DNA of 64,000 nt, taken from a virus. The translations under genes and the position numbers were made by a program. The stretch lies in the IMG/VR virus record IMGVR_UViG_3300009103_002187, positions 1 through 64,000 of that record; one strand, written 5' to 3'. The notes beneath the pieces are model-generated. The model searched no databases. It was not told the DNA's origin and was given only the letters and a program-made list of their open reading frames with translations. This document shows positions 10,433-21,365 of the stretch, in pieces. Each line of letters opens with the position of its first letter. Positions within the stretch are counted from its first letter, which is position 1.

Positions 10433-11199
10433 TATTCATTCTCCTCGGCGAGCATTTGAAGATCAAGCAGCTCTTGTTGTGTAATTGGAAATTTTTCGTT
10501 ATCCGTTTCAACCTCTGTTATTCCAAAGCGCAATCGAACAATTTTCTCTTCCCTTACTGTTAGTGAGCCAAAAGAACTTCTAACAGCTGCAGCAATTTTT
10601 TCTTTATCAATCATTACTTCAGGATCAACAAATCGATTATCTGGAATCAAATTTTCAAGCATACCACCACCATCTTCACCAATCGGTGTGCTCAAAGAAG
10701 TAGTAAACTTGGGTGCATTTATGATATCAATAACGATATTTTCAGAAACATCCAACAATTCAGCAATTTCCACTGAGGTTGGCTTTGCTCCGAAGTGCTC
10801 TTCATACTCTTCGATCAGCGAAGAGATTTTTGAAATCAACCCTCGAGCATGAGAGGGAATTCTAATCGTAGTCGAATTTGATGAAACATGCCTACGAACT
10901 GATTGTCTAATCCACCAAGTTGCGTATGTTGAAAATCTAAACCCACGCCGCCAATCAAACTTTTCTACTGCTTTCATTAGACCAATATTAGATTCTTGGA
11001 TAAGATCAGATAGATCACATCCAAAGTATTGGTACTTTTTGGCAATGCTTACAGCGAGCCGCAGATTTGATTCAATCATAATCTGGCGAGCAAGGTTATC
11101 ACCTTTCTCAATTCTTTGGGAGAGTGATATCTCCTCTTCACGTGTTAGCAACTTTCGCCTAGAAACATCTTTAAAATAATGATCTAGAATATTTGACAT
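10432..11199 (-). CDS. Sigma70-family RNA polymerase sigma factor (regions 1.2-4.1; 4.2 HTH missing)
   Basis: LLTREEE, SNLRLAVSIAKKY, DLIQESNIGLMKAVEKFD.RRGFRFSTYATWWIRQ, TIRIP, LTVREEKIVRLRFGI. Confidence 0.93.
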   Translation of the reverse strand: MSNILDHYFKDVSRRKLLTREEEISLSQRIEKGDNLARQIMIESNLRLAVSIAKKYQYFGCDLSDLIQESNIGLMKAVEKFDWRRGFRFSTYATWWIRQSVRRHVSSNSTTIRIPSHARGLISKISSLIEEYEEHFGAKPTSVEIAELLDVSENIVIDIINAPKFTTSLSTPIGEDGGGMLENLIPDNRFVDPEVMIDKEKIAAAVRSSFGSLTVREEKIVRLRFGITEVETDNEKFPITQQELLDLQMLAEENE

Positions 11200-11211
11200 A
11201 TATCGCTCCCT

Positions 11212-11258
11212 ATTAAAATTAAGCGACGCTTGGGTACGACATTGTACCCAAGCGTCGC
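11212..11258 (-). terminator. Intrinsic terminator-like hairpin between hsp20 and the sigma gene
   Basis: Perfect 15-bp stem GCGACGCTTGGGTAC/GTACCCAAGCGTCGC (11223-11258), 6-nt loop, followed by TTAATTTT on the minus strand. Confidence 0.75.
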
Positions 11259-11266
11259 AACTCTAC

Positions 11267-11734
11267 TCAGTCGATTTGAATTGAACGAATACTACGAGAA
11301 GTAGCATCTTCAACCGGAATAGACACAGTCAGAATGCCAGAGTCGAATCGAGCAGAAATTCCTTCATAACTCGTGGTCTTGGGCAAAGTCCAAGAACGAG
11401 AGAATGAGGCATAACCAAACTCGCGGCGTGTGTAATTATCTGACTTAGCGTCATTCTCAGCGATCTTTGCAGAGGAAATCGTAAGAACACCATTGTCAAC
11501 AGAAAGATCGATATCGCTTCGAGAAAGACCTGGAAGCGCGACTTCAATCTCATGTCCTTCTGATGTATTCATAATATTAGCAGCCGGAATATTCTTCCGA
11601 TGATTCGAAATTGACGTTGTTGAGTCAGAATGTGAGTCAAAGAAAGAGTCAAAGACATCAAACATCTCAAAGGGTGAAAGAAGCCGACGGCTCGACAGGG
11701 TTGGCATGTGGTTCAAAGTTGGCAGATTTTTCAT
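11267..11734 (-). CDS. Small heat-shock protein Hsp20/alpha-crystallin
   Basis: PAANI...ALPG...NGVLTIS...RREFGYASFSRSWTLP...A.FDSGILTVSIP; C-terminal IQI motif. Confidence 0.93.
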   Translation of the reverse strand: MKNLPTLNHMPTLSSRRLLSPFEMFDVFDSFFDSHSDSTTSISNHRKNIPAANIMNTSEGHEIEVALPGLSRSDIDLSVDNGVLTISSAKIAENDAKSDNYTRREFGYASFSRSWTLPKTTSYEGISARFDSGILTVSIPVEDATSRSIRSIQID

Positions 11735-11811
11735 ATAAACTCTCCTTATTTATGACGTTTCTATGTTGTATTGTCCTGCCAAGGACATCTTTAATATAAT
11801 CACGGTTTAGC

Positions 11812-11831
11812 GAGGGGAAACCCCTCTTTTT
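11812..11831. terminator. Short hairpin GAGGGG-AAA-CCCCTC followed by a T tract on the plus strand
   Basis: Visible stem-loop in intergenic DNA. Confidence 0.4.
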
Positions 11832-11843
11832 AAAAAAATAACT

Positions 11844-12101
11844 TTAACGTTGATTATGAGAATTTCGACGATGTGGACGATTTGGAAATCGTTTCTTCAG
11901 ATATTCTTCGTGTGCAATCTTTCGATTTTTACGCCAAACAACTTCTCGCTGGAGATAACAAAATTCGACTTCTAGGTTTGATGAATTATTTCCACGCTTA
12001 GACCGATCTTCAATCCTTGATTTCAAAGTTCTAAGATGTCGATGAAGTTCTTCATCACTAAGGGTTTTAAGCTTGTCATCATTGGTCACACGAAAAGACA
12101 T
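11844..12101 (-). CDS. Hypothetical basic protein
   Basis: AGGAG SD and an upstream promoter. Confidence 0.55.
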   Translation of the reverse strand: MSFRVTNDDKLKTLSDEELHRHLRTLKSRIEDRSKRGNNSSNLEVEFCYLQREVVWRKNRKIAHEEYLKKRFPNRPHRRNSHNQR

Positions 12102-12158
12102 TATCTATGTTGCTCCTAATCATCTCTGAGTGAAAGTATGTGCCCCAAGCACTTATAT

Positions 12159-12186
12159 ATTATACCACATAACGTAGCAGTGTACA
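12159..12186 (-). promoter_or_regulatory. Class I (early/middle-type) promoter TGTACA-N16-TATAAT
   Basis: Same architecture recurs before several replication/metabolism genes. Confidence 0.6.
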
Positions 12187-12194
12187 CGAATTGC

Positions 12195-12446
12195 TTAATA
12201 GTTTTTAATCACATTTTTAATTGCAGTTACAACCTGATTTGGATCTAATGACTGATAAAGATCAACAACATTCTGCAAAAGTTTTTCATCTGTGCTAAAT
12301 TTCGGATTGGACATCTTTTTCCAGTGGTCAACAAATTCCACATCATTTAACGCTTTCATGTGCACAGCTAACTCAACAATTTCCTCATTAGAAAGTCTTC
12401 TCTCAGAAAGCTGTGTAATTAGAGGGTGAAAATTATCATTTATCAT
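12195..12446 (-). CDS. Hypothetical protein
   Basis: ORF preceded by TATACA-N16-TACCAT. Confidence 0.5.
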   Translation of the reverse strand: MINDNFHPLITQLSERRLSNEEIVELAVHMKALNDVEFVDHWKKMSNPKFSTDEKLLQNVVDLYQSLDPNQVVTAIKNVIKNY

Positions 12447-12483
12447 AAGATTATGGTATCAACTTTTTTCTAGCTGTATAAGC

Positions 12484-13008
12484 TTAGTTAAAATTATTTT
12501 TCCACTGACGAACAATAAACTCAGATGACTCTGACTTAATTTTCTTATTTAAAAATTTAGAAATCTCTAAATTATCTGAGAATAAATCTTGATAATGTTC
12601 ATCTAATTCATACGCATCAATTCCGTATCTTTCCATGAACTCATCAAGATGTAGATCAACTGCCGTATTGTTTACTGCACCTTTTTTAATGTGATAGCGT
12701 AGAATTTGAATTCCAATCCAGTCGGCCTGACGCTCATCTTCATCTGATCCCGAAGTATGATTTGCATAAAAATGACCTAGCTCATGAGCATGAATAATGT
12801 CTAGATGATCTTCAGTAAACCAGCTTTGTGATATTGCAGCACCGTCCATTACTATCATCTTTTCTTGGTGATAGAAAAAAGCATGTCCCCGCTTCTCAAA
12901 CATTCCAGATATCTCTGAATACTGAGAATCTTCAGGATAAACAATTAAGATGGTTACTCGATCATCAAATTTGCTGTCAAATAAAAATCTTGTTTGATCA
13001 TCGCTCAT
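12484..13008 (-). CDS. HExxH zinc-metallopeptidase-like protein (ImmA/IrrE/M48-like)
   Basis: HAHELGH...EDERQAD motif. Confidence 0.6.
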   Translation of the reverse strand: MSDDQTRFLFDSKFDDRVTILIVYPEDSQYSEISGMFEKRGHAFFYHQEKMIVMDGAAISQSWFTEDHLDIIHAHELGHFYANHTSGSDEDERQADWIGIQILRYHIKKGAVNNTAVDLHLDEFMERYGIDAYELDEHYQDLFSDNLEISKFLNKKIKSESSEFIVRQWKNNFN

Positions 13009-13204
13009 TTTCCACCTTCATCATCTTTCGATGCAATTCTTGGGTAAGATCTGAAGCTTTTGTTTCCCAGATGAAAGGGAAAATTGCATGAATTTTTAAT
13101 ACTACTGCTATCTTAAAAGCGTCCCAAGCAAAACGATATGCCCGAATCATATGCTGAAAATATGATAAATTATTCTCTGACAAATGACTGGTAAGATATT
13201 TCAC
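12998..13204 (-). CDS. DUF6356-like small protein
   Basis: HL...SYFQH...HAIFPF...AS pattern. Confidence 0.6.
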   Translation of the reverse strand: MKYLTSHLSENNLSYFQHMIRAYRFAWDAFKIAVVLKIHAIFPFIWETKASDLTQELHRKMMKVENER

Positions 13205-13545
13205 TAAAGGGCTCCGATAGAATCATACAGCGTCTTAAGCACTAAACCAATAAGTATTGATGATGTCATCCATAAAAACTGACGATATGATTTTAGCTGA
13301 GACTTCATTAGCGCAAAATCTTCATTTAAGCGTTCTGGAATTCTTGCACAATGTGATTCTAATAGTTGAATTCTAGTCTCCTGATTAGAAGTTATATTTT
13401 TAAGATCTTCCATAGACTTTTCTAATTTAGCTACAGAATCTACAACTTGATCTATCTTACTCTCAACGCTAGAAGAAGATAACATCAATTGTGTAATTGA
13501 ATCCTGTAATTTAATCAACCACTCTTCAGTATTACCATTTGCCAT
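13204..13545 (-). CDS. Coiled-coil protein with a C-terminal transmembrane helix
   Basis: Heptad pattern then FLWMTSSILIGLVL; start MANG coupled by TAATG. Confidence 0.55.
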   Translation of the reverse strand: MANGNTEEWLIKLQDSITQLMLSSSSVESKIDQVVDSVAKLEKSMEDLKNITSNQETRIQLLESHCARIPERLNEDFALMKSQLKSYRQFLWMTSSILIGLVLKTLYDSIGAL

Positions 13546-13751
13546 TAGATTACCTCCACGAACATGCCAAACCGGTCCTTGACTAAAGAGGTCAAAGATT
13601 GCTTGCTTCCTTTGTGCCGGACCCACACAATATACTTATCATCTCGCTTCTGAATTTCGCTTGTTGATCTTAGGAGGTTATTATTTTTGATCCAATATAA
13701 TGCAAGCTCAAGATCAGTTTTATAAGGTGCGATTAGCGTAGAAGATTTCAT
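13545..13751 (-). CDS. Hypothetical protein
   Basis: ORF within the operon. Confidence 0.45.
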   Translation of the reverse strand: MKSSTLIAPYKTDLELALYWIKNNNLLRSTSEIQKRDDKYIVWVRHKGSKQSLTSLVKDRFGMFVEVI

Positions 13752-13759
13752 TTTTTTTG

Positions 13760-14206
13760 TTAAAAAATATAAGGCGATCCATCAGACTTTCGATATTCTC
13801 TATCGTTTACTTTGGCAATCCTTACAATCTCAATGGCACTAATTGACTTTAATCTCTGGGCCAGGGTTTCAAGATTTGTATCTAATCCCCCAGGCCCAGG
13901 CAAGAACTTAATTGATACAGGCAAAACTGTTCTTCCTCTCTTTGATCTTAAAGAGTGATCAGTTTGTCCTACAACGGCAACGCTAGGAAGAACCCGTATT
14001 AAAGTCATTGTATCCGTGACGCTAGCATCTTTCTGAACAAAAAGTTGAAAATCCACAGCTAAAATCTTGCTTGTAGGTCCTCCCTTTTCCTCAGAAATAA
14101 TCGGCATTATCCGGGATACAAGAAGATCTTGAGCCTTGGTAAGCTTTTCAAGTAGATTTTTGTTAGAATGTTTTCGTTTCATTAGTCTTCGCGTCATGAA
14201 ATACAT
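13760..14206 (-). CDS. Hypothetical protein
   Basis: ORF preceded by an ATATATA class II element. Confidence 0.5.
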   Translation of the reverse strand: MYFMTRRLMKRKHSNKNLLEKLTKAQDLLVSRIMPIISEEKGGPTSKILAVDFQLFVQKDASVTDTMTLIRVLPSVAVVGQTDHSLRSKRGRTVLPVSIKFLPGPGGLDTNLETLAQRLKSISAIEIVRIAKVNDREYRKSDGSPYIF

Positions 14207-14246
14207 TAATATATATTGTTTTCAAACGCTAACATTAAAAGAAACG

Positions 14247-16036
<1,790 letters not shown>

Positions 16037-16050
16037 CAGTTACTCCACTA

Positions 16051-16494
16051 TTAAGCATTTTGAACATTTACCTTCGCGACTGTGCCGTCTTCTAACATCA
16101 CCTCAATGTTATCTAAGCCAGTCATTTTTTTACCCAAAGCAAGGGTATTAACATCTACAACATTGTCTGTTAGAGACTCTTTATCATCTGAGTCAGGGCG
16201 TTCTGGAATTACAAAAGAAGATGAAGCTAAGCTTTCAGCCTCACCTACCATCTTATCAATTACACCTGTGGCATTTGTTATCATAGTTTGACGAACAATG
16301 CTTAAGTCTGTAAAGATATTACCCTTGATCTTTGATAGATCAATTCCCTGAGATTTTCCAGGAACTACAACAATATACGAAGTTGTATCTCCGTTTAATG
16401 TCTGCTTAACAATTCGCTCAGACACCTGAACTGGTATTACTCGTTTTGTAGAGCTTGAGATAATATATAAAACTTGCCCAACATCATAAGACAT
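16051..16494 (-). CDS. Hypothetical protein
   Basis: AGGAG SD. Confidence 0.55.
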   Translation of the reverse strand: MSYDVGQVLYIISSSTKRVIPVQVSERIVKQTLNGDTTSYIVVVPGKSQGIDLSKIKGNIFTDLSIVRQTMITNATGVIDKMVGEAESLASSSFVIPERPDSDDKESLTDNVVDVNTLALGKKMTGLDNIEVMLEDGTVAKVNVQNA

Positions 16495-16540
16495 TGCAAC
16501 TCCTGAACATTAGGAGTATAACATTAGGATGGAGTAAAGT

Positions 16541-16729
16541 TTACTGACTTGATCTAGTATTCAGATCTTTTGTCAATACTATTATCTCATCCTGTCTGCC
16601 AGTTTGACGCTGATAAACTGAAAGTTCGAGAATTCTTAACTCTTCCTTCAGCTTTACCTGCTCTCGGTGACCACCATAATTTTCACAGATTTTTACTAGT
16701 CTTTCAACGACTGATTCATGAAGCTTCAT
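16541..16729 (-). CDS. Hypothetical protein
   Basis: ORF abutting the upstream gene. Confidence 0.4.
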   Translation of the reverse strand: MKLHESVVERLVKICENYGGHREQVKLKEELRILELSVYQRQTGRQDEIIVLTKDLNTRSSQ

Positions 16730-17209
16730 TTATCCTACCTTGGAGTTTTTAAAACCGACTCCTGCAAAACCAATTGTAACTCCTTCTTCTGACCTGTTAA
16801 TAGGTGCTCCGTAGTTATGCCAGTGTTGTTCACTAACACCGCCCATAGTATCAATTATTGACTGAATCTCACCTCTTATAGCCTTTCTTAGCTTTCGCTC
16901 TTGAACCCGTTGTTTATCGCTTTCAATTGTCTTCAAGATTTCACTTCTAATAGCCTTTCTCAGCTTAGCTTCCTCAAGATCAACTTCAACTTCTTCAATG
17001 TTGACATCTCCTGAGACATTAACATTGACATTGGTTCCTTCGGCTTTGTCATCTTCTTCTTTATAAAATAGAGACTCTACGCTTGAATTCACTTGATGAG
17101 GCGCGTGTGATGAAACAGGCTCTTCAAAATGATTTTTCTCTGTTAAAAGGTCACTCTCTTTATTATGTAAACCTGCAAGCTCTAGAAGCCTGTTGCTGTT
17201 AAATTCCAT
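16730..17209 (-). CDS. Putative virion-internal protein with two LRKAIRxEI motifs
   Basis: NRLLELAGL, KLRKAIRSEI, KLRKAIRGEI. Confidence 0.55.
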   Translation of the reverse strand: MEFNSNRLLELAGLHNKESDLLTEKNHFEEPVSSHAPHQVNSSVESLFYKEEDDKAEGTNVNVNVSGDVNIEEVEVDLEEAKLRKAIRSEILKTIESDKQRVQERKLRKAIRGEIQSIIDTMGGVSEQHWHNYGAPINRSEEGVTIGFAGVGFKNSKVG

Positions 17210-17280
17210 TATTAGCACTCCAATCAAAATTCACAGTATAAATCTAATTATGCGCTAATTTAGTTAAGTTTTATGTTTTT

Positions 17281-18042
17281 TTAAAGTGTCTCTAAGTTAA
17301 AAGAGAACTTATCTTCTACATTTTTCCAATATCTCAGACGATCGTATAGCTTGTCAATTCTTTTTTGATATCGAACTGCCTCTCGATTTTTCATTTGTTT
17401 TAGTTTGTCAAGTTTTATCGTTCCTGGCTTCGCTGTGTCAATCCTTTCATAAATTTCTCGCATCCTAACAACAAACTTTTCAATTGAAGTTTTAATTAGT
17501 GCTTCTATCTTTTTAATTTCCAAATTATTTTTATTGATAGCTTCACCGATAATCACATTACACTTTTTCATTCCCTTATGCTTGTACATCGAGACTTTTC
17601 CTCGAGCCCCTGGAGAAATTGGTCGAAAATCATCAATGGTTAGATCTTCAAAGTGTAGAACAGCAAATGATTTAAAAGTTTCATCAGCAATCACGTATAG
17701 ATAGTCAAGTGATTTCTTTTGTGCAAGAGTATCTCGATCAGTCTGAAAAGAAATTGATCCATTGGAATTTCGACTAGTTAATTTGCACTCTACTTCTCTA
17801 TTGATGTCTTTGATAAAAATATCGGGTTCACCGGTTCTTCCATCCGAAACAACATCTTTAAATTCTCTACAGAGCTCTTGGCCAAAATATTTCTCTTGTG
17901 CCTGAGAAAGAATTACATTTCTTCGTCCAAGGTTTCCCAATAGATCAATCTGATGTGATTGGCAAAGATGGAGAATATCATCGTGAAATTTGCCCATGTG
18001 TTTTAGGGCACTAATTGACATGTCTCTGGTAATATAACTCAT
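17281..18042 (-). CDS. PD-(D/E)xK nuclease-like protein
   Basis: EPDIFI...EVECKLT motif; GGAGG SD. Confidence 0.55.
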   Translation of the reverse strand: MSYITRDMSISALKHMGKFHDDILHLCQSHQIDLLGNLGRRNVILSQAQEKYFGQELCREFKDVVSDGRTGEPDIFIKDINREVECKLTSRNSNGSISFQTDRDTLAQKKSLDYLYVIADETFKSFAVLHFEDLTIDDFRPISPGARGKVSMYKHKGMKKCNVIIGEAINKNNLEIKKIEALIKTSIEKFVVRMREIYERIDTAKPGTIKLDKLKQMKNREAVRYQKRIDKLYDRLRYWKNVEDKFSFNLETL

Positions 18043-18081
18043 AACGCCTCCTTGAATTATAACACGTCAGTATTGTTTTTA

Positions 18082-18450
18082 TCAGGAATCTTCTGTAATA
18101 ACGTTTCCACGAATTCTCTCAGTGATCTCTCTTCCCTTAATTGCTGCTGTTGTCATTGACTCTAAGCCCAATGCAGATCTCACAACATCATACACGCCTG
18201 GCTCTAAATTTTCCTTTAATACAGCCATATCTGCATACTGGTGCAAATCCATCTGAATTACAGGAACCTCCTCACCAGATAAGCCAGGCTCATATTCGCC
18301 TGTCTCTCTTGACTCAAAAATATAAAGAAGGGACGGCATTGCCTCGCCTTCTGGAACGGGAACAAATGGTAACTGAGATGTTGCGCTACCATCACTTGAC
18401 TCCTCATACATTATCTCAGGAATCCAGCTACTGCTATTATTAAAATTCAT
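18082..18450 (-). CDS. Hypothetical protein
   Basis: ORF, acidic. Confidence 0.55.
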   Translation of the reverse strand: MNFNNSSSWIPEIMYEESSDGSATSQLPFVPVPEGEAMPSLLYIFESRETGEYEPGLSGEEVPVIQMDLHQYADMAVLKENLEPGVYDVVRSALGLESMTTAAIKGREITERIRGNVITEDS

Positions 18451-18512
18451 TTTTTTTACCTGGGGTTAAAACATTAATAAACTGCAAGAAAATGATCGTT
18501 AATAGTCTTGTA

Positions 18513-19637
18513 TCATCCCACCTTTTTTATAGCTTCATCAAAAGTTTCTTTTAATATCCTTCCGTACTCCGTTCCCTCAGGATTGTCAAGGCCAGAATTT
18601 TCAAGCATTGCCTGGTGCGTTGTAACAAGCCAACAAACTTGCATAATTGTCTGTAAACCAGCTAAATTCCATTCATCTTCAACTAGCTCATCTTTATTAT
18701 AATCACCTCCCGTGAGAGCTTTTTCTAAATCAGATGAAGTTTGAACAACCTTTAAAAACTTTTCATATCCCCCAGCTTTTTCCATAATTTCTCCAACGGT
18801 TCCCAAACTTGAAATCTTAGCACCCTCAGACACTATATCTTCCATCACAAAGACCTTCATGGACTTCTCACCCTCTTCCGCAAGAGATCGAGCATCCTTG
18901 TCTTTATTGACAGCATTCTGAACCTCACCCCAACCTAACCATGCCTCCATCGTTCCAAATTTGCTGTCTGTATCAATAATCTCTTCCTCATTTAACGCAA
19001 AGATATCAGTCAATCCTTTTCGATGAATAGATTCATTCTTTTTTACTCCCAATAAAGCATCCAACTCCTTAACAACTTCCCCATCTGGATCTTCATCAAC
19101 AAGTGGGCGCATTAAAACACCGGCCTTTTTAGGCTCCTTGCTAGCAAATCCTGATTGTGAAAGAAAGGCAACCGGAGCTAGCGCAAATGCCCAGTTGTGT
19201 TCGGGCCTACTAAATGATCCAGGATCTGCTCCAGCACCTCCATAACCTCCCAATGGGCCTGTTATATATTCTTTATAAACCTGCCCGAGCTTATCGCGGA
19301 GCTGATTAGAAGTTTTTCCTCCTGCAAGGATCCTATCATATTCGGGTTTCATCCAAGGAAAGATGGTGATTAGAATGCTGTGCCCTATTATCTTTACAGC
19401 TTTCTTAGCAGCGTCCTTAACAGCTTTTCCTATCTCTGTAGATGCTTTTTTAGCTGCTGTGCCTACCTTTCCAATAGACGCACCGATCGCGGTGCCCACA
19501 TCGGGAGCAGCCTCAGATAACAGCTCAAGCTGATCCTCAATTGTCAAATTCTCCAAAATTTTCTTTCTCATTGGAGCATTATTCATGTATGCGATGATCA
19601 TCTCATCTGTTAGCTTGTCTTCTGGTCCTGTCAACAT
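18513..19637 (-). CDS. Hypothetical protein, possibly virion-internal
   Basis: 374 aa; LSE/LNE motifs; ATAATTA element upstream. Confidence 0.55.
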   Translation of the reverse strand: MLTGPEDKLTDEMIIAYMNNAPMRKKILENLTIEDQLELLSEAAPDVGTAIGASIGKVGTAAKKASTEIGKAVKDAAKKAVKIIGHSILITIFPWMKPEYDRILAGGKTSNQLRDKLGQVYKEYITGPLGGYGGAGADPGSFSRPEHNWAFALAPVAFLSQSGFASKEPKKAGVLMRPLVDEDPDGEVVKELDALLGVKKNESIHRKGLTDIFALNEEEIIDTDSKFGTMEAWLGWGEVQNAVNKDKDARSLAEEGEKSMKVFVMEDIVSEGAKISSLGTVGEIMEKAGGYEKFLKVVQTSSDLEKALTGGDYNKDELVEDEWNLAGLQTIMQVCWLVTTHQAMLENSGLDNPEGTEYGRILKETFDEAIKKVG

Positions 19638-19726
19638 TGGGCCGCCTTGTTATAAATCATAAGGATCTTCTGCCATTGTATAATTATAATGTGGCACCCT
19701 AACTATGTAACAAGGAGATCAATTAA

Positions 19727-20491
19727 ATGACGACAATAGCTCGACTGCGGACCGTGCTTTTTACCTTTTTCTCACTCGCAGTCTGTGGCTGTATAAATTA
19801 TGCTAGTGGCGATTCCACAAGGCAGCTCCCTGAAAATACTGGGCCAAACATTATTGAAAGTGTTTCTCTCAATCACGTTGAGTCTCAAGCAAGAAACGCT
19901 GCTGTAAAAGTTGTTCATCCTCTAGGTGAGGGATATGGATCAGGAACATACACAATTATTAAGGGTGAGCATGTAGTATTAACAGCAGCGCATGTAGTAG
20001 ACGACAATCGAAGAATGATCATCTCGGGAAGAAACGGAGAAATGGTCGTCGGAGAAGTCATCTACACAGACTTTGGAGCAGATTTTGCTGTAATACACGT
20101 ACCACGTCTACGAACAAGAACACCAATACCGTTTAAGCCTAGAAATGAGAGATCCGACAATTTTATCGGAGACTGGACGACATATACTGGGTTTCCTTCG
20201 GGACATGACTTGACAACAATCACGGGAAGAATTGCAAGCATTGATGAATCATCAGACATCTTAATCATGCACGGTTACACCTGGATGGGTGCTTCAGGAT
20301 CTGGTGTTTTCGACGAGCACGGAAATTATATTGGAGTTTTAGTCGCTGTAGATGTTGGTCGATATCGTCAAATTCCTCAAATCGTCGAAGATATGGTCTG
20401 GGTGGTGCCTGTCAGACAGTTAAATCTAGTTAGCGTATTTGCAAAGATAGAAATGCATAGTCATGTTACGGAGATTCCCCATGCACCTTAA
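19727..20491 (+). CDS. Secreted trypsin-like (S1) serine protease
   Basis: TAAHVV (His), DFAVI (Asp), GASGSG (Ser); N-terminal signal peptide; AGGAG SD. Confidence 0.88.
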   Translation: MTTIARLRTVLFTFFSLAVCGCINYASGDSTRQLPENTGPNIIESVSLNHVESQARNAAVKVVHPLGEGYGSGTYTIIKGEHVVLTAAHVVDDNRRMIISGRNGEMVVGEVIYTDFGADFAVIHVPRLRTRTPIPFKPRNERSDNFIGDWTTYTGFPSGHDLTTITGRIASIDESSDILIMHGYTWMGASGSGVFDEHGNYIGVLVAVDVGRYRQIPQIVEDMVWVVPVRQLNLVSVFAKIEMHSHVTEIPHAP

Positions 20492-21362
20492 AAAGATACT
20501 TTTTGGTCTTTTCGCTTCTTTTTCCCTAAGCTGTACCCAGGATTTCACTGTAGTCGACAAAGAAGAAACATACGTCATCATTGATTCATTTGTTCAAATG
20601 GAGCAAATTGGAAGCCTCGACATTCTTGTAGTTCTCGACAGATCTGGATCAATGCACGATAATGAAGATGAGGTGGGTACCGGAATGGAGCTTCTAAGAA
20701 CTGATATTGGTGGGTTAACTGGGGACTATCAATTTGGCTTTATTACCACAGACGGATCAAATCTGGGATATGTCGGACCATATGACTCTAGCTCTTCAGC
20801 AATTGACCTGCTTTTAGCCCCTAGCTTGCTCCCAGCTAACGCACACGGAGAAGCAGGATTTGAATCAACATACGTTTTTCTTAGCAGTGACGAAGGAATT
20901 CAGTTTAGAAGAACAGAGGCTGACTTTTTATTATTCCTAATCTCTGACGAGGAGGAACAAAGCTCAATCACCACCAACATATTTTATGATTGGTTGCAGG
21001 CAGAGTTTTCAAACGTGAATCATGACGTCGTCTCAATCACCACGTTAGAAAGCTCAACTCTGTGCAGCGCATGGGAATATGGTTATAAATACGAAGAACT
21101 TGCAAATCTTTACGGAAAAGATGCAATCGACATCTGCTCAGAAGACTGGGCAATCTGGCTTTCAGAAAGCTCATTCCTAACACGACTCAAGGATTATATC
21201 GAGCTTAGTCACACACCCATTGCTTCCTCGATCGTGGTATACGTAAATCACGAATCGATCTATGGGTGGTCATACGATGAAGAAACAAATACCATCTACC
21301 TAGATGACACACCCGATTATGGTGCGGTGATTGAGGTGGGATACGATGTGGTAGTTGAGTAG
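20481..21362 (+). CDS. vWA-domain lipoprotein
   Basis: Lipobox SLSC; MIDAS DILVVLDRSGS, ISDEEE; C-terminal beta module. Confidence 0.8.
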   Translation: MHLKKILFGLFASFSLSCTQDFTVVDKEETYVIIDSFVQMEQIGSLDILVVLDRSGSMHDNEDEVGTGMELLRTDIGGLTGDYQFGFITTDGSNLGYVGPYDSSSSAIDLLLAPSLLPANAHGEAGFESTYVFLSSDEGIQFRRTEADFLLFLISDEEEQSSITTNIFYDWLQAEFSNVNHDVVSITTLESSTLCSAWEYGYKYEELANLYGKDAIDICSEDWAIWLSESSFLTRLKDYIELSHTPIASSIVVYVNHESIYGWSYDEETNTIYLDDTPDYGAVIEVGYDVVVE

Positions 21363-21365
21363 ATT

